Source: a virus
Taxonomy: Duplodnaviria; Caudoviricetes
DNA length: 45,896 nucleotides
Virus record (IMG/VR): IMGVR_UViG_3300049170_000023
Span: 1 to 45,896 of that record
Strand: one strand, 5' to 3'
Of this stretch, positions 24,832-36,100 are shown piece after piece. The translations under genes and the position numbers were made by a program. The notes beneath the pieces were generated by a model. It had not been told where the DNA came from. It did not search any database and saw only the letters and a list, made by a program, of their open reading frames with translations. Each line of letters opens with the position of its first letter. Positions within the stretch are counted from its first letter, which is position 1.

Positions 24832-26252
24832 GCGTCCATAACCCATTCATCGAGTTCCTGGACCGCTATGGCGCCGATCCGGTGCTGTTCGTGCGAGAGG
24901 TGCTCGGGCAGGAGCCGGAGGTGTGGCAGGCCGAGGCACTCAGGGCGGTTGCCCGTGGCGAGCGCAAGATTTCGATTCGCTCCGGGCACGGCATCGGGAA
25001 GAGCACCTTCGCCTCATGGGCAGCCATCTGGTACGGCACCACAAAGCGCGGGTGGTCTACCAAGGTCGTGATCACCGCCCCCACCAGCAGCCAGCTTTTC
25101 GACGCTCTTTTCGCTGAACTGAAGGGGCAACTTCGCAAGCTCCCGCAGCAGCTTCTGGACTTGTGGGACGTCAAGGCCGAACGCATCGAGCTGAAGGCTG
25201 CACCTACCGAAATCTTCATCTCCGCCCGCACATCCCGCGCTGAACAGCCAGAAAGTATGCAGGGCGTCCACGCGGACAACGTGCTTCTGATCGCGGATGA
25301 AGCATCCGGCATCCCGGAGGCGGTCTACGAAGCCGCCGTTGGATCAATGTCAGGGCACACCGCCACCACGCTGCTCCTGGGGAACCCTACGCAGTCGTCG
25401 GGCATGTTCTACGACACCCACCACCGCCTTAAAGACGAGTGGTTCACGATGAAGGTGTCCTGCGAGGACGTCCCCAATCGCGTCTCCAAGGAGTTCATCG
25501 AGGAAGTGCGCTCCACCTACGGGGAGAACAGCAATGCCTTTCGTGTTCGCGTTCTGGGTGAGTTTCCTGTTGCCGATGATGACACTGTCATCCCTATCTT
25601 CCTTCTGGAGGCCGCGAGGGTCCGGGAAATCGCCACTTCCCCCTCCGCGCCAGTCGTATGGGGGCTGGACGTCGCGCGCTTCGGCTCCGACAGAACCGTC
25701 CTCACCAAGCGCAAAGGCCCGACGCTCCAGGAAGCCCAAGCCGTAAAGCGCAACCTGGACACCATGCAGGTGTCGGGCTGGGTCTTGAACGAGTGGAACG
25801 AGTCCCCCGACCGCCTCAGGCCCGTGGAGATCATGGTGGACTCCATCGGCCTGGGGGCTGGGGTGGCCGACCGCCTGCGGGAATTAGGCCTTCCAGCGGT
25901 GGACATCAACGTCTCCGAGTCGCCTGCCTTTGGCGACAAGTACGTGAACCTGCGCGCCGAACTGTGGTTCCGTGGCCGCGAGTGGTTCGAAAAGCGCAAT
26001 GGGTCGCTCGCCAAGGGCGACTCCAAGCTGGTCGATGAACTGGCGATGGTTCGCTACTCGTTCACGTCGAACGGAAAGATCAAGGTCGAGAGCAAGGACG
26101 AGATCAAGAAGCGCACGCGGGACAGAAGCAGTCCCGACCTTGCCGACTCGTTCCTTCTGACATTCGCAGGTGCCCAGGGCCTTCACGTCACTGGCAGCAG
26201 CAAACACGCATGGAACCGCCCAGTGCGCCGCAACTTCGCGCGCAGGGCCTGA
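24828..26252 (+). CDS. terL: Terminase large subunit
   Basis: Walker A SGHGIGKS, Walker B IADEA, GNPT, nuclease GLDVARFG.D and SPDLAD. Confidence 0.95.
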   Translation: MSVHNPFIEFLDRYGADPVLFVREVLGQEPEVWQAEALRAVARGERKISIRSGHGIGKSTFASWAAIWYGTTKRGWSTKVVITAPTSSQLFDALFAELKGQLRKLPQQLLDLWDVKAERIELKAAPTEIFISARTSRAEQPESMQGVHADNVLLIADEASGIPEAVYEAAVGSMSGHTATTLLLGNPTQSSGMFYDTHHRLKDEWFTMKVSCEDVPNRVSKEFIEEVRSTYGENSNAFRVRVLGEFPVADDDTVIPIFLLEAARVREIATSPSAPVVWGLDVARFGSDRTVLTKRKGPTLQEAQAVKRNLDTMQVSGWVLNEWNESPDRLRPVEIMVDSIGLGAGVADRLRELGLPAVDINVSESPAFGDKYVNLRAELWFRGREWFEKRNGSLAKGDSKLVDELAMVRYSFTSNGKIKVESKDEIKKRTRDRSSPDLADSFLLTFAGAQGLHVTGSSKHAWNRPVRRNFARRA

Positions 26253-26264
26253 CGAAGGAACGCC

Positions 26265-28385
26265 ATGGCATACGAAAACGACGAAGACGAGAAACCCACC
26301 AAGCTGGAAATCCCCGAGGGCCTGGAAGAAGCCTTCCCCACGATGGTCCAGGACGCCATTTCCTTCATGGAAGAGGCCCACGAAGACGCCCAGGTGCGTC
26401 TGACCGAGTATTACAAGGGCGAGATCCCCGCCGTTACCCAGGAAGACCTGGACGACGGCCGCTCGGACATCGTGTCGCGGGACGTGCATGACGCCGTTCA
26501 AGCGGCCATGCCCGATCTTGTCCGGTGCTTCATGGGCGATGACAGGGTGATCGAGTTCATGCCCGGAGGTGCTGATGACGAGCAGCACGCCGAACAGGCA
26601 ACAGACGCCATCCGACACATCTTCCTGAAAGAGAACGACGCCTTCCGCTTCATCCACGGCTCGCTCAAGGATGGATTGGTGCGCAGGTTCGCCGTCGCCA
26701 CCTGGTGGCACGAAGCTGAGGACATCTCCACCACCCGCGATTACCACCTGGACGCCGAGGCTTACGCGGCCCTGCTGGACAAGGGCGAGGTCGAAGTTCT
26801 CGAATCCGCCATTGAGGAGGCGGAAGACGCCCTTCCGATGGTGACGGCCAAGCTGCGGCACAACCGCAAGCGGCACAAGTACGCCGTGGAACTCGTCCCC
26901 CCGGAAGAACTGATCATTTCTCGCCGTGCAAGGAACGTCTGCGGCGATCACATCGTCGGGCGGCGCCAGAACCTGCCAGCCGCGCAGGTGATCGGCATGG
27001 GCTACGACGAGGAATTCGTGCGATCGCACATCGGCGGTGACGAAAGCATCCGCACCTCGCAGATGGCGCAGGAGCGTCAGCCCGAGACGGAATCCGGCCC
27101 GGACGAGAACGAAGCCGATGACGTGCTGTATGTCGAGACCTACGTGCGCTGGCCGGCCGAGGACCGGATGCAGCTATTCAAGGTCTGCGCCATCGGGACA
27201 GCCCATGAGATCGTGGCCTGCGATCCGGTTGATTCTGTGGACATGGCGCTGTGGACGCCCGATCCCGAGCCGCATACCGCCATCGGTGAGGGCTGGGCCG
27301 AGAAGGTGGAGGACATCCAGCGCCTGAAAACGGGCGTCTGGCGGGGTGTTATCGACTCGCTCGCGGAAGCTCTCGTCCCCCGCACGGAAGTGGTCGAGGG
27401 CCAGGTGAACATTGAAGACGCGATGTCCACCGAGATAGGCGGGCTTGTCCGTGTGCGCCAGCCGAACATGGTTCGCCCGATCTCCACGCCCTTTGTCGGC
27501 CAGTCCGCGATGCCGCTGATCGAGGCCATCGACCACATGCGCGAAGAGCGTGTGGGGGCGTTCCGCGCTGCTGACGGACTGTCCGCAGAGGCGATGCAGT
27601 CGTCTACCAAGATGGCGGTTGCGGCGACCATTTCCGGCTCCAAGGCGCAAAAGGAACTCCTGGCCTTCGGCTATGCCTGGATGTTCCTGCGGCCGATCTT
27701 CCGCGGGCTCCTCCGCTTGTTCGTGGAGAACCAGGACCAGCCCAAGATGCTGCGCCTTCGGGGGCAGTGGATCCCCGTGGATCCGCGAGGATGGAATGCC
27801 GACATGGATTGCACGGTGGACGTTGCCCTTGCCATGTCCACGGTGGAAGAGCGCGTCACCTTCCTGTCTGGCATCGCTGAAAAGCAGGAACTGATCCTGA
27901 CGACGCTAGGACCAGCAAATCCGCTGGTGACGCTCGGGCACTACGCGCACACCCTGCGCTCGCTTGTGGCTTTGGGTGGGTATCGGAACAAGGACGCCTT
28001 CTTCGCCAACCTGCCGACCGACCCGGATCAGCTCGCGCAGCTCATGCCGCAGCAGGAACCCCCGCCTGACCCGGCAATGGTGCTGGCGCAGGCCCAGGTC
28101 GAAGCCTTGAAGCAGGACCAGGGCAGGAAGGAAGCCGAGGCCGCCCACAAGCAGTCGCTCGAGGAACGCAAGTTCAAGGCAGACGACGACTTCCGCCGCG
28201 ACGAGTTGGACCAGAACCGGGAACTGAAGCTGGCCGAGATCGCCGCGAAGTTCTCCTATGACACCTCGGCCCATGAAGCGGACATCGAGGCCGACATCAA
28301 CAAGAACCGCGACAACCTGATGGTGCAGTCAGCCCAGCACGCCCTGGATGTCGCATCGCAACCGCCCACCCAGGAGGCCCCGTGA
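26265..28385 (+). CDS. Portal protein (P22-like, long C-terminal helical extension)
   Basis: Follows terL; YY.G..GRS.IVSRDV.D; Gln-rich coiled tail. Confidence 0.9.
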   Translation: MAYENDEDEKPTKLEIPEGLEEAFPTMVQDAISFMEEAHEDAQVRLTEYYKGEIPAVTQEDLDDGRSDIVSRDVHDAVQAAMPDLVRCFMGDDRVIEFMPGGADDEQHAEQATDAIRHIFLKENDAFRFIHGSLKDGLVRRFAVATWWHEAEDISTTRDYHLDAEAYAALLDKGEVEVLESAIEEAEDALPMVTAKLRHNRKRHKYAVELVPPEELIISRRARNVCGDHIVGRRQNLPAAQVIGMGYDEEFVRSHIGGDESIRTSQMAQERQPETESGPDENEADDVLYVETYVRWPAEDRMQLFKVCAIGTAHEIVACDPVDSVDMALWTPDPEPHTAIGEGWAEKVEDIQRLKTGVWRGVIDSLAEALVPRTEVVEGQVNIEDAMSTEIGGLVRVRQPNMVRPISTPFVGQSAMPLIEAIDHMREERVGAFRAADGLSAEAMQSSTKMAVAATISGSKAQKELLAFGYAWMFLRPIFRGLLRLFVENQDQPKMLRLRGQWIPVDPRGWNADMDCTVDVALAMSTVEERVTFLSGIAEKQELILTTLGPANPLVTLGHYAHTLRSLVALGGYRNKDAFFANLPTDPDQLAQLMPQQEPPPDPAMVLAQAQVEALKQDQGRKEAEAAHKQSLEERKFKADDDFRRDELDQNRELKLAEIAAKFSYDTSAHEADIEADINKNRDNLMVQSAQHALDVASQPPTQEAP

Positions 28386-28669
28386 TCCCACAAGAAAAAC
28401 TCACCCCCGAGCAAAGAGCCGCCCGAGGCCATGAGGCCCGGCGCCTGCTCGAGCACCCGCTGATGGTCGAAGCCTTCGCCAACCTGCGTCTGAACTACTA
28501 CCAGGCATGGGCTGACACCCCCCCGGACAAGGTCCACGACCGCGATGGGATCTACCACGCCGGCCGGGTGCTCGATGACGTGCTCACGCACCTGCGCATC
28601 GTGATGGACAACGGAAAGATCGAACGTGCCCAGATCAAAAAGATGCTGGACGCCAAAGCTGAAAAGTGA
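28382..28669 (+). CDS. Conserved small head-module protein
   Basis: ARRLLEHP...AF; between portal and scaffold. Confidence 0.75.
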   Translation: MIPQEKLTPEQRAARGHEARRLLEHPLMVEAFANLRLNYYQAWADTPPDKVHDRDGIYHAGRVLDDVLTHLRIVMDNGKIERAQIKKMLDAKAEK

Positions 28670-28694
28670 CGTTTTGCTGTTGCTGAGGTAACAT

Positions 28695-29732
28695 ATGAGC
28701 ACCACCGACACCAACGGCGCAACGCCGAGTGCCACTCCCCGCAGCGGTATTGAAACTGCTGCAGAAGCCTTTGAAGCCGTCCTGTCTGGCTCTGACCAGG
28801 AAACCGAGGACGAAGAAGAGAAGGCGCCGCAGGACGACGAGCCTAGCGACGACCAGGAGGAGGGCACTGAAAAGCCCGAGTCCGAGGACGAAGAAGGCGA
28901 AGAGTCCGAAGAGTCCGAGTCCGAAGAGGACGACGACGAGTCTGAGGACGAAGAGGAGTCGGAAACCGAAGAGGAAGCAGATCCCGTCTACGCCGTCACT
29001 GTTGACGGCCAAGAGGTCGAGGTTCCGCTATCCGAATTGGTCAAGGGCTACTCACGCACCGCGGACTACACGCGCAAGACGCAGGCACTGGCCGAGGAGC
29101 GCAAGACGTTCCAGGGCGAAGTCCAGCAGACGCGCGTGTTGCGCGATCAGTACGCGCAAGGCTTGCAGCAGTTGGAGGCAGCCCTTCAAGCGCAGCAGCC
29201 CCAGGAGCCGGATTGGGAAGCCCTCCGCGCCTCGGACCCTATCGAGTTCGCGGCGGAGTGGGCGGATCACCAGCGGCGCCAGGTGCTTATGCAACGGATG
29301 GCGGCCGAGCGGCAGGCCCTGGTGGAGCAACAGCAGCGAGAGTCCGAATCCGAAAGGAAAGAGGCTGTCGCCAAGGCCCGCGACTGGCTGATGGAGAGAA
29401 TTCCCGAGTGGAAGGACCCCGAGAAAGCCAAAGCGGACAGAGCTGCCATCAAGGCTTTCGGCTTGAAGCAAGGCTTCACGGCCGAGGAGATTGGCGAGAT
29501 TGATGACCCCCGGGCCATCCTAATCCTGCGAATGGCGATGCGCCACGCAAGGGCACAGGAGAAGACCGCGGCCATCAAGCCGGTAAAGAAGACGAGCCCC
29601 GTCCTCAAACCCGGCCCCGCCAAGTCCGCACCGACTACCAGCAAGACGAGCGACCTGACTCGCGCAAAACAGCGCCTGGCCAAGACGGGGAAAGTCTCCG
29701 ACGCGGCCGAAGTCTTCAAAAAGTTCTTGTGA
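28695..29732 (+). CDS. Capsid scaffolding protein
   Basis: Very acidic N-terminus; VDGQEVEV...EL..GY.R.ADYTRKTQ.LAE. Confidence 0.9.
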   Translation: MSTTDTNGATPSATPRSGIETAAEAFEAVLSGSDQETEDEEEKAPQDDEPSDDQEEGTEKPESEDEEGEESEESESEEDDDESEDEEESETEEEADPVYAVTVDGQEVEVPLSELVKGYSRTADYTRKTQALAEERKTFQGEVQQTRVLRDQYAQGLQQLEAALQAQQPQEPDWEALRASDPIEFAAEWADHQRRQVLMQRMAAERQALVEQQQRESESERKEAVAKARDWLMERIPEWKDPEKAKADRAAIKAFGLKQGFTAEEIGEIDDPRAILILRMAMRHARAQEKTAAIKPVKKTSPVLKPGPAKSAPTTSKTSDLTRAKQRLAKTGKVSDAAEVFKKFL

Positions 29733-29741
29733 GGTAGGCCA

Positions 29742-30701
29742 ATGGCCAAAGTCACCAACGCATTCGAAACCCGGGACGCCAAGGGCAACCGGGAAGACCT
29801 GTCGGACACGATCTACAACATCGACCCGTTCGACACCCCCTTCATGACGCTTGTCGGGCGCCGTTCGGCAACGAACACGCAGTTCGACTGGCAGACGGAG
29901 AGCTTGAATGCTGCCGTCACCACCAACGCGATGGAGGAAGGCTTCGAGCTTTCGCGCACGGCCGGCACCGCCACGGTTCGCCGCAAGAACGTGTGCCAGA
30001 TCTCCAAGAAGGACGCCACCGTTTCGGGCTCGCAGGAGAAGTCCAACGCCGCCGGCAAGGCTTCGGAGATGGCCCACCAGATGGCCCTGCGTTCCAAGGA
30101 ACTGAAAACCGACATGGAGAAAACCCTCCTGTCGGACCAGCCCCTGGACGACGGCACGGACGACGGCATCCGCCGCACCCGCGCGCTGGGCCACTGGATC
30201 GCCACCAACGTGGACCTGGGCGCTACCGGCGCCAACCCCGTCAGCGAGACGGCCGCCCGCACGGCTGGTACGCAGCGCGCGATCACGGAAGCGATGATCC
30301 GCAAGCTGATGCAAAAGGCGTACGACAACGGCGCCAAGCCGTCGCACCTGATCACCGGCTCGGTGAACAAGCTGCAGCTCGATGGCTTTACCGGCCGCGC
30401 CAACACCCGCCACGCGGTGGATGTGCACACCGCTGCCCGCGGGGTGACGCTGTACGCCTCGGACTTCGGTGACCTGAAGATCATGGTGGACCGCTTCGTC
30501 CCGCAGGACCGGGTGTACGCCGTCGATCCCGAGATGGCGAAGGTGGCCTACTTCCGGCCGTTCCACTCCACCCCGCTGGCGAAGATCGGTGACGCCGAGA
30601 CTCGCATGATCGTCGTGGAGTACGGCCTGCAGGTTTCGAATGAGAAGGCCCACGCCTGCGCGTTCGACCTGTTCGACACCAACGCCGAGTACAGCATCTA
30701 A
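29742..30701 (+). CDS. Major capsid protein (SU10/DUF5309-like)
   Basis: GNREDLSD.I.NI.P.DTPF..W.T..L; SDFG; LAK.GD.E...IV.EY.L. Confidence 0.92.
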   Translation: MAKVTNAFETRDAKGNREDLSDTIYNIDPFDTPFMTLVGRRSATNTQFDWQTESLNAAVTTNAMEEGFELSRTAGTATVRRKNVCQISKKDATVSGSQEKSNAAGKASEMAHQMALRSKELKTDMEKTLLSDQPLDDGTDDGIRRTRALGHWIATNVDLGATGANPVSETAARTAGTQRAITEAMIRKLMQKAYDNGAKPSHLITGSVNKLQLDGFTGRANTRHAVDVHTAARGVTLYASDFGDLKIMVDRFVPQDRVYAVDPEMAKVAYFRPFHSTPLAKIGDAETRMIVVEYGLQVSNEKAHACAFDLFDTNAEYSI

Positions 30702-30708
30702 GGGTGAC

Positions 30709-30733
30709 GAGGGGGCTACGGCCCTCTCTCTTT
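30709..30733 (+). terminator. Hairpin / partial terminator after the capsid gene
   Basis: GAGGGGGC-TACG-GCCCTCTC then TCTTT. Confidence 0.6.
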
Positions 30734-30744
30734 AGGGATTCGAC

Positions 30745-31098
30745 ATGCGACTCGACTCACCGACATTGGTGTCCGACTTCAAGACGGAAACCACCACCAA
30801 CCTGGCTATCAGCGGCGTCTTTACCGGCGCGGCGCACGACCTGGGGCCAGCGCCCACGCCCGTTCGCAAGTTCGAGGCGTACTTCATCAGCTCCCACGCT
30901 TCGGCGACCGACGGCGCTGCCATCGAGATCTCCGACGACAACGCCACCTACCGGGTTGCCGCCAAGGCGACCCTGGCGGCCAACGTCGCGGCCACCCTGT
31001 CCGTGTCCATCTTCGCGCGCTACGCCCGGGTCAAGCTGACCAACGGCGCCACGGCGACCACAAGCCTTTTCGTGGCTTCCAGCAAGACGCGGACCTGA
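30745..31098 (+). CDS. Beta-rich virion protein (possible head decoration)
   Basis: Follows capsid; RYARVKLTNG jelly-roll-like pattern. Confidence 0.6.
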   Translation: MRLDSPTLVSDFKTETTTNLAISGVFTGAAHDLGPAPTPVRKFEAYFISSHASATDGAAIEISDDNATYRVAAKATLAANVAATLSVSIFARYARVKLTNGATATTSLFVASSKTRT

Positions 31099-31100
31099 CC

Positions 31101-31400
31101 ATGCCCGTCTCCATCCTCGATCACCGCGGCTCGGTCCTCAAGACGATCCACACCGACGCACACGACGAGGACCGCCTGGTGGAAGTCACCACGCAGGACA
31201 TGGATCCTGTGCTGGAGCTTGTCCGGTACATGCAAGACACGCATGTCGAGATCGATGGCTTGCGGCCCGTCGCCTTCATCCCCGAGGAAGTTGTCGAACG
31301 AATGATGCGCGACGGCTCTTGGAATGATCCTGCCGCAGTCAGGCGGTGGGCAAACGATCCAAGCAATGACTGCTTCAGGATCACGAAGGGGAGGGTCTAA
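31101..31400 (+). CDS. Conserved virion-module protein
   Basis: QD.DPVLE..VA.IP..WAND..N..FR...GRV. Confidence 0.75.
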   Translation: MPVSILDHRGSVLKTIHTDAHDEDRLVEVTTQDMDPVLELVRYMQDTHVEIDGLRPVAFIPEEVVERMMRDGSWNDPAAVRRWANDPSNDCFRITKGRV

Positions 31401-32036
31401 ATGGCCCTCTCCACCCGCACCGAGCTACTCGACGCCATCGCTGATTGGCTGAATCGGGTGAACTCGCCGGAACTGATCGCCCGCGCCCCTGACTTCATCA
31501 CGATGACCGAGGCTCGCCTGAACCGCGATCCGCAATTCAGAGTTCGGAAAATGATCAAGCGGGCCACCGCAACGCTGTCGTCTGGCTACCTGGCGCTTCC
31601 CGGCGACTTCCTCGAGGCCAAGCAGGTGCAGGTGAACCTGTCCACCGGCAAGCCGCGCCTTCTGACGCAGGTGACGCAGGACCAGGCCGACAAGTACAAC
31701 TCGGACACCAGCATCACCGAGCCACGGCACTACGTCCTGATCGGGGACACCCTGGAAGTGGTGCCGTACACCGCGACGGCGCTGACGGTGGAACTCGCCT
31801 ACTACGCCAAACTGCCGGCGCTCACGGTGGCGGCTCCGACGAACTGGCTGCTGACGGACTGGCCCGACATCTACCTGTACGGGTCTCTTGTTCATTCAGC
31901 CCCCTATCTGCGCGACGACGAGCGCGTAGCCACCTGGGCCACCTTCTACGGGACTGCCGTGGTGGAGGCCAAGGAAGCCGACGAGCGGTCCCGATTCTCC
32001 GGTTCCGTCCTGAAAACCCGTGCCCGACTGAGGTAA
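31401..32036 (+). CDS. Head-tail adaptor protein
   Basis: IADWLNR..DFI..E.RLNR..LP.DFLE..TNWLL...PD.YLYG.L....YL.DD.R. Confidence 0.85.
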   Translation: MALSTRTELLDAIADWLNRVNSPELIARAPDFITMTEARLNRDPQFRVRKMIKRATATLSSGYLALPGDFLEAKQVQVNLSTGKPRLLTQVTQDQADKYNSDTSITEPRHYVLIGDTLEVVPYTATALTVELAYYAKLPALTVAAPTNWLLTDWPDIYLYGSLVHSAPYLRDDERVATWATFYGTAVVEAKEADERSRFSGSVLKTRARLR

Positions 32037-32039
32037 GCC

Positions 32040-32441
32040 ATGTCCTCCTTTACCGACTACCTGGAAAACAAGGTGCTGGACTACGTGTTCGGCTCTCTCG
32101 CCACCTTCTCCAAGCCCACGGTGTACATCGGCCTGTTCTCCGCAGCGCCGAGCGACACCGGAGGCGGCACCGAGCTGTCGTCCACCGGAGGCTATGTGCG
32201 CGTGGCGGCTGGCTCGCTGACGGTATCGGGCACCAGCCCGACGCTGGCGACCAACGGCGCGGCCATCGAGTGGGCGGCAGCCTCTGCGAACTGGTCGGCC
32301 GCAGTCACTCACCTCGCCCTGTTCGACGCCAGCACTGCCGGGAACATGCTCGCCTGGGCGCCGCTAACTACCAGCCGAACTGTCAACTCGGGCGATGTGT
32401 TCAGAATCCCCGCGGGAGACTTGGACGTGACGCTGGTGTAG
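32040..32441 (+). CDS. Tail/fiber-associated structural protein
   Basis: SDYLENK.L-type start, Y.RV, FDA.T.GN.L, GD.FRI..G.L. Confidence 0.75.
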   Translation: MSSFTDYLENKVLDYVFGSLATFSKPTVYIGLFSAAPSDTGGGTELSSTGGYVRVAAGSLTVSGTSPTLATNGAAIEWAAASANWSAAVTHLALFDASTAGNMLAWAPLTTSRTVNSGDVFRIPAGDLDVTLV

Positions 32442-32446
32442 GTGAG

Positions 32447-33154
32447 ATGGCCGTCACCTGGGACAAGGCCATGTTCGACATGGCCTACGACGTCAGCGCC
32501 GAACCGGACGGGCACCCGAGCACGCGTCCGGAAATCCGGCTGCACTACCACCGCTACGTCCTCTATCCCGAGGCGCTGCGCCGGGCGCAGTTCTTCGTTC
32601 AGCAGTTCAACCTGACCAGCGCGACCAACGTGCTGGTGGTCGGCTGCGGCTTCGGCTGGACCGTCGAGGCGCTGGTGGGCATGGGCATTCCTGCCGTCGG
32701 CACCGATGTTTCTCCGTACATCCACGGCAACAAGGATCTGTCCGAGGACAGCGACATCCAGGCTGCCGTACAGGCGGCAAACCTGTCCACGACAAGCGGC
32801 GAGGGTATGGGCCACTTCAACCGTCTGCGCGGAGACGGCGTGCGCACCCGCGGCACGGTGATGAACGAGGACCACAGCAACAATGCCAGCCGGGGCCGGG
32901 TCAAGCGCGCGTTCGCCAATAACACGATCCACCTTGCGATCAGCGAGGACATCGTGACCAGCCTGACGGATGCGGAGTGCTTGCAGGTGCGAACTTTCCT
33001 GGCGAACTACACGGTGCCGATCTGCCACTTCGTCACTGAGTTCGCAAACCCGAATCCGCCGTACAACTTCAACAGCAAGTCGCTAGCGGACTGGAAACTC
33101 ATGTTCCCCGCTGACACGATCATTGCAGACGGCACTCCCTATCGGGTGGCTTGA
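32447..33154 (+). CDS. Class I SAM-dependent methyltransferase-like protein
   Basis: Motif I-like VLVVGCGFGW and motif II-like GTDVS; start at MAVTW after GGTGAG. Confidence 0.65.
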   Translation: MAVTWDKAMFDMAYDVSAEPDGHPSTRPEIRLHYHRYVLYPEALRRAQFFVQQFNLTSATNVLVVGCGFGWTVEALVGMGIPAVGTDVSPYIHGNKDLSEDSDIQAAVQAANLSTTSGEGMGHFNRLRGDGVRTRGTVMNEDHSNNASRGRVKRAFANNTIHLAISEDIVTSLTDAECLQVRTFLANYTVPICHFVTEFANPNPPYNFNSKSLADWKLMFPADTIIADGTPYRVA

Positions 33155-33174
33155 TCTAGGGGAGCCACGGGCAC

Positions 33175-36100
33175 ATGGCCTTCCCCACGTCCATCACGGG
33201 CCTCAACGGCTCGATTGCGCAACGCGTTGGTCGCCCGTGCCTTTCGTCTGGCGGGAACGTCTACGTCGTCGGTGTCTCGGCTTCTGATCGCACAAAGCTA
33301 CAGGTCTACAAGGCCACCGACCCGAGCAGCAGTTGGTCTCAGGCCGGCGCCGACGTTACGCTGGCCAACGGCATCAAGGCGTTCGCATCGTTTCAGGTCG
33401 GGGATGCGATCCACGTCGCCACGCACGACGGCCCAGACAACGCGCTAGGCACCAACGTCATCCGCTACCACGTTTTCAGCATATCCTCGGACAGCTGGAC
33501 CACGTCGAACGAGGACGTCAAGACCGCCTACAGCGCGATGGGCAGCGTGCAGGACGACGGCTCGCCAGACTGGGGCGAGTTCTGGATCGGCATCGCTGTG
33601 CGCTCAGACGGCGACGTCATCATCCTGTACCAAGGTGTCCAAAGTATCGTCATGGGCACGAGCCGCCCGCAGACCAAGTACGCGCGCAAGGAGAGCGGCA
33701 CTTGGACAATCGACGTGGACGTCGGCGGCGACACCGTCAAGGGGCATGTTCCGTCGAACATCCTGATGACGGCCAATGACCGGGCGCACCTGATCTATGG
33801 CGAGACCACCACTGGCACGTTCGGTAAGTGGCTCAAGACCCTCAACAGCGCCAACAGCCTGAGCGCGGCGCAGGACCGGGGCACGCCCAGCTCGATCAAC
33901 TTCGCCACCGCCATCCCGGGCGTTTCGTCGGTCGACATCAGCGGCACCGTCAAGTGCTCCGTCTTTCAGGTCACCGCCAACAACGAGATCAGCGGGCACA
34001 CCTTCGACGACGCGGACACGCCTTCGCTGACGCTGCGATCCGACATCACCGGCACCACCAACGTCGTAAACGGCATTGAGCCGGGGCAGGCGATTGCGGT
34101 GGCGGTGAACGGGACGACCACCTGGGCGTTCTTTCCGCAGCAGACCACCTCCGACATCTACCGCATGTCCAGCACGGACGGCGGCGCGACGTGGGGCACC
34201 CCGGCCAGCTTTGCGACTGGCCCCTCGGGCACGATCTCATGGGTCAGCGGCAATGTCTACACGCGCGGCGGCAACATCGTCTTTGGTGTTCTGTACAGCG
34301 AAGGCGGCACGGTCAAGTACGACGAGTACGTCATCGGCTCTGCCGGTCCGACCACGCACAACGGCCAAGCCACCATCACCAGCACCAGCACCGCAGCAGC
34401 GGCGGCTCAGCGCGTGGTGCATGGTCAGGCGACGATCACCAGCACCAGCGAGGTGACGGCGGCAGGATCTACCAGCCTCACCCACGACGGGCAGGCTGCT
34501 ATCGACAGCGCCAGCAGCGTCACCGCCAGCGCCCAGCGCGTTGTATTGGCGCAGGCCGAGATCGCCGCCACCTCGACCACTTCGGCTGCGGCCAGGGTGG
34601 TCCTGTCCGGGGCCGCTTCGGTGGAGTCGAGCAGCACGGTGGCGGCGGCCGCTCAGCGAGTCGCGCAAGGTCAGGCCGCAGTCTCCAGTGAAAGCGCAGT
34701 GACAGCCGCAGGACAGCGCGTTGCGCAAGGGCAAGCGGCTATTGCAGGCAGCAGCAGCGTATCGGCCTCCGGGGTGCTCACGCTGGTAGCGGCCGCCAGT
34801 ATCGCGAGCGCCAGCGAAGTAACTGCCAATGGGGTGCTGGCGGTCTATCAGAACGGTGCAGCCACCATCGCTAGCGACAGCGCCTTGACTGCGGCGGGCC
34901 AGAGGGTCGCCCAAGGACAGGTCGCCATCGCCTCCGAGAGCGCCGTCATCGCTACGGGTGCCCTCATCACCTCGGGGCAGGCGACGGTCGCCAGCAGTAG
35001 TTCCGTCACTGCGGCTGCCGCGATCATCTACGGGGACGCGCCGAGCGAGATCTTCTCCGGCACGGGGGTCAATGGCACCTGGCTGGACTCGACGCCGCTT
35101 ACCCGCTTTCAGACAACTAGCACCAGCGGCACGGCCATCTCCGCGTATGGGGATCGGTTCGGCCGATGGGTGGACAGGTCGGGCAATGCTCGCGACCCAA
35201 CCACCACAGCGACGGACAGCACCCGGCCCCAGGCGGTCCAGGGCACCTCGCCAAACGACTGGCGCTTCTACGGGTTCCTGCGAGACACCGTGCTATCTGC
35301 CGCGGCCATCGGCGGGACGAACGCAACGGGGTTTTACTGCGCCTTCGCCGGCCAGCCGACGAACTATTACGGCGAGCTTTTCTCGGACGTCAACACGACG
35401 AACACGGGCTTTCGCCTCCTGCACGACGCTGACGGCAACGGCACAGTCCCGCAATTCATCTTCAGCGCCGGAACCGGCTCTGCGCGGGTTGAGGTGCGGA
35501 TCGCCACCGGGAACACAATTTTCACCAACCCCCCAGCCAACACACCCAGCGTCATTGAATGCTGGTGGGACGGCTCGCAGATCCACATCCGCAGAAACGG
35601 CGGAACGGCGGTCAGCGCCAGTTGCAGCACCGTCTCGGCCGGCACAAGTGACCTTCGGTTCAACGGCAACCTGGACGCAAGCCACAAAGGCTTCAACATC
35701 TACGAGCTGGTTAGCACCAAGACCCATCTGCCGGCCTCGGACGTGCGCGGCCGGGTGCGCGACTACCTGACGGCGCTCACCTCCGGCCCGCCTGTCGTCT
35801 ACCGGGACGGCTCGGCAACCGTCACCAGCACCAGCACCCTGGATGTGGCGCCGAGTCTGCGGATTGCGGCTTCCGCGGCCGTCGCGGCCACCAGCACCAT
35901 CGCAGCGGCGGCGCGAAGGGTCGCGCAGGCGCAGGCGCAGATCGACGCCCTGAGCACAGTGCTCGCGGGGGCGGAGGTATATAGCCCCTACCAGAATGGC
36001 TCTGCCATAATTGCGGCCATCAGCTCCGCGTCTGCGGCGGCCACGGTTACAGGACTGTGGGAGCCCGTGCAGGACACGGCAGGGGCCTGGACCGAGGTGT

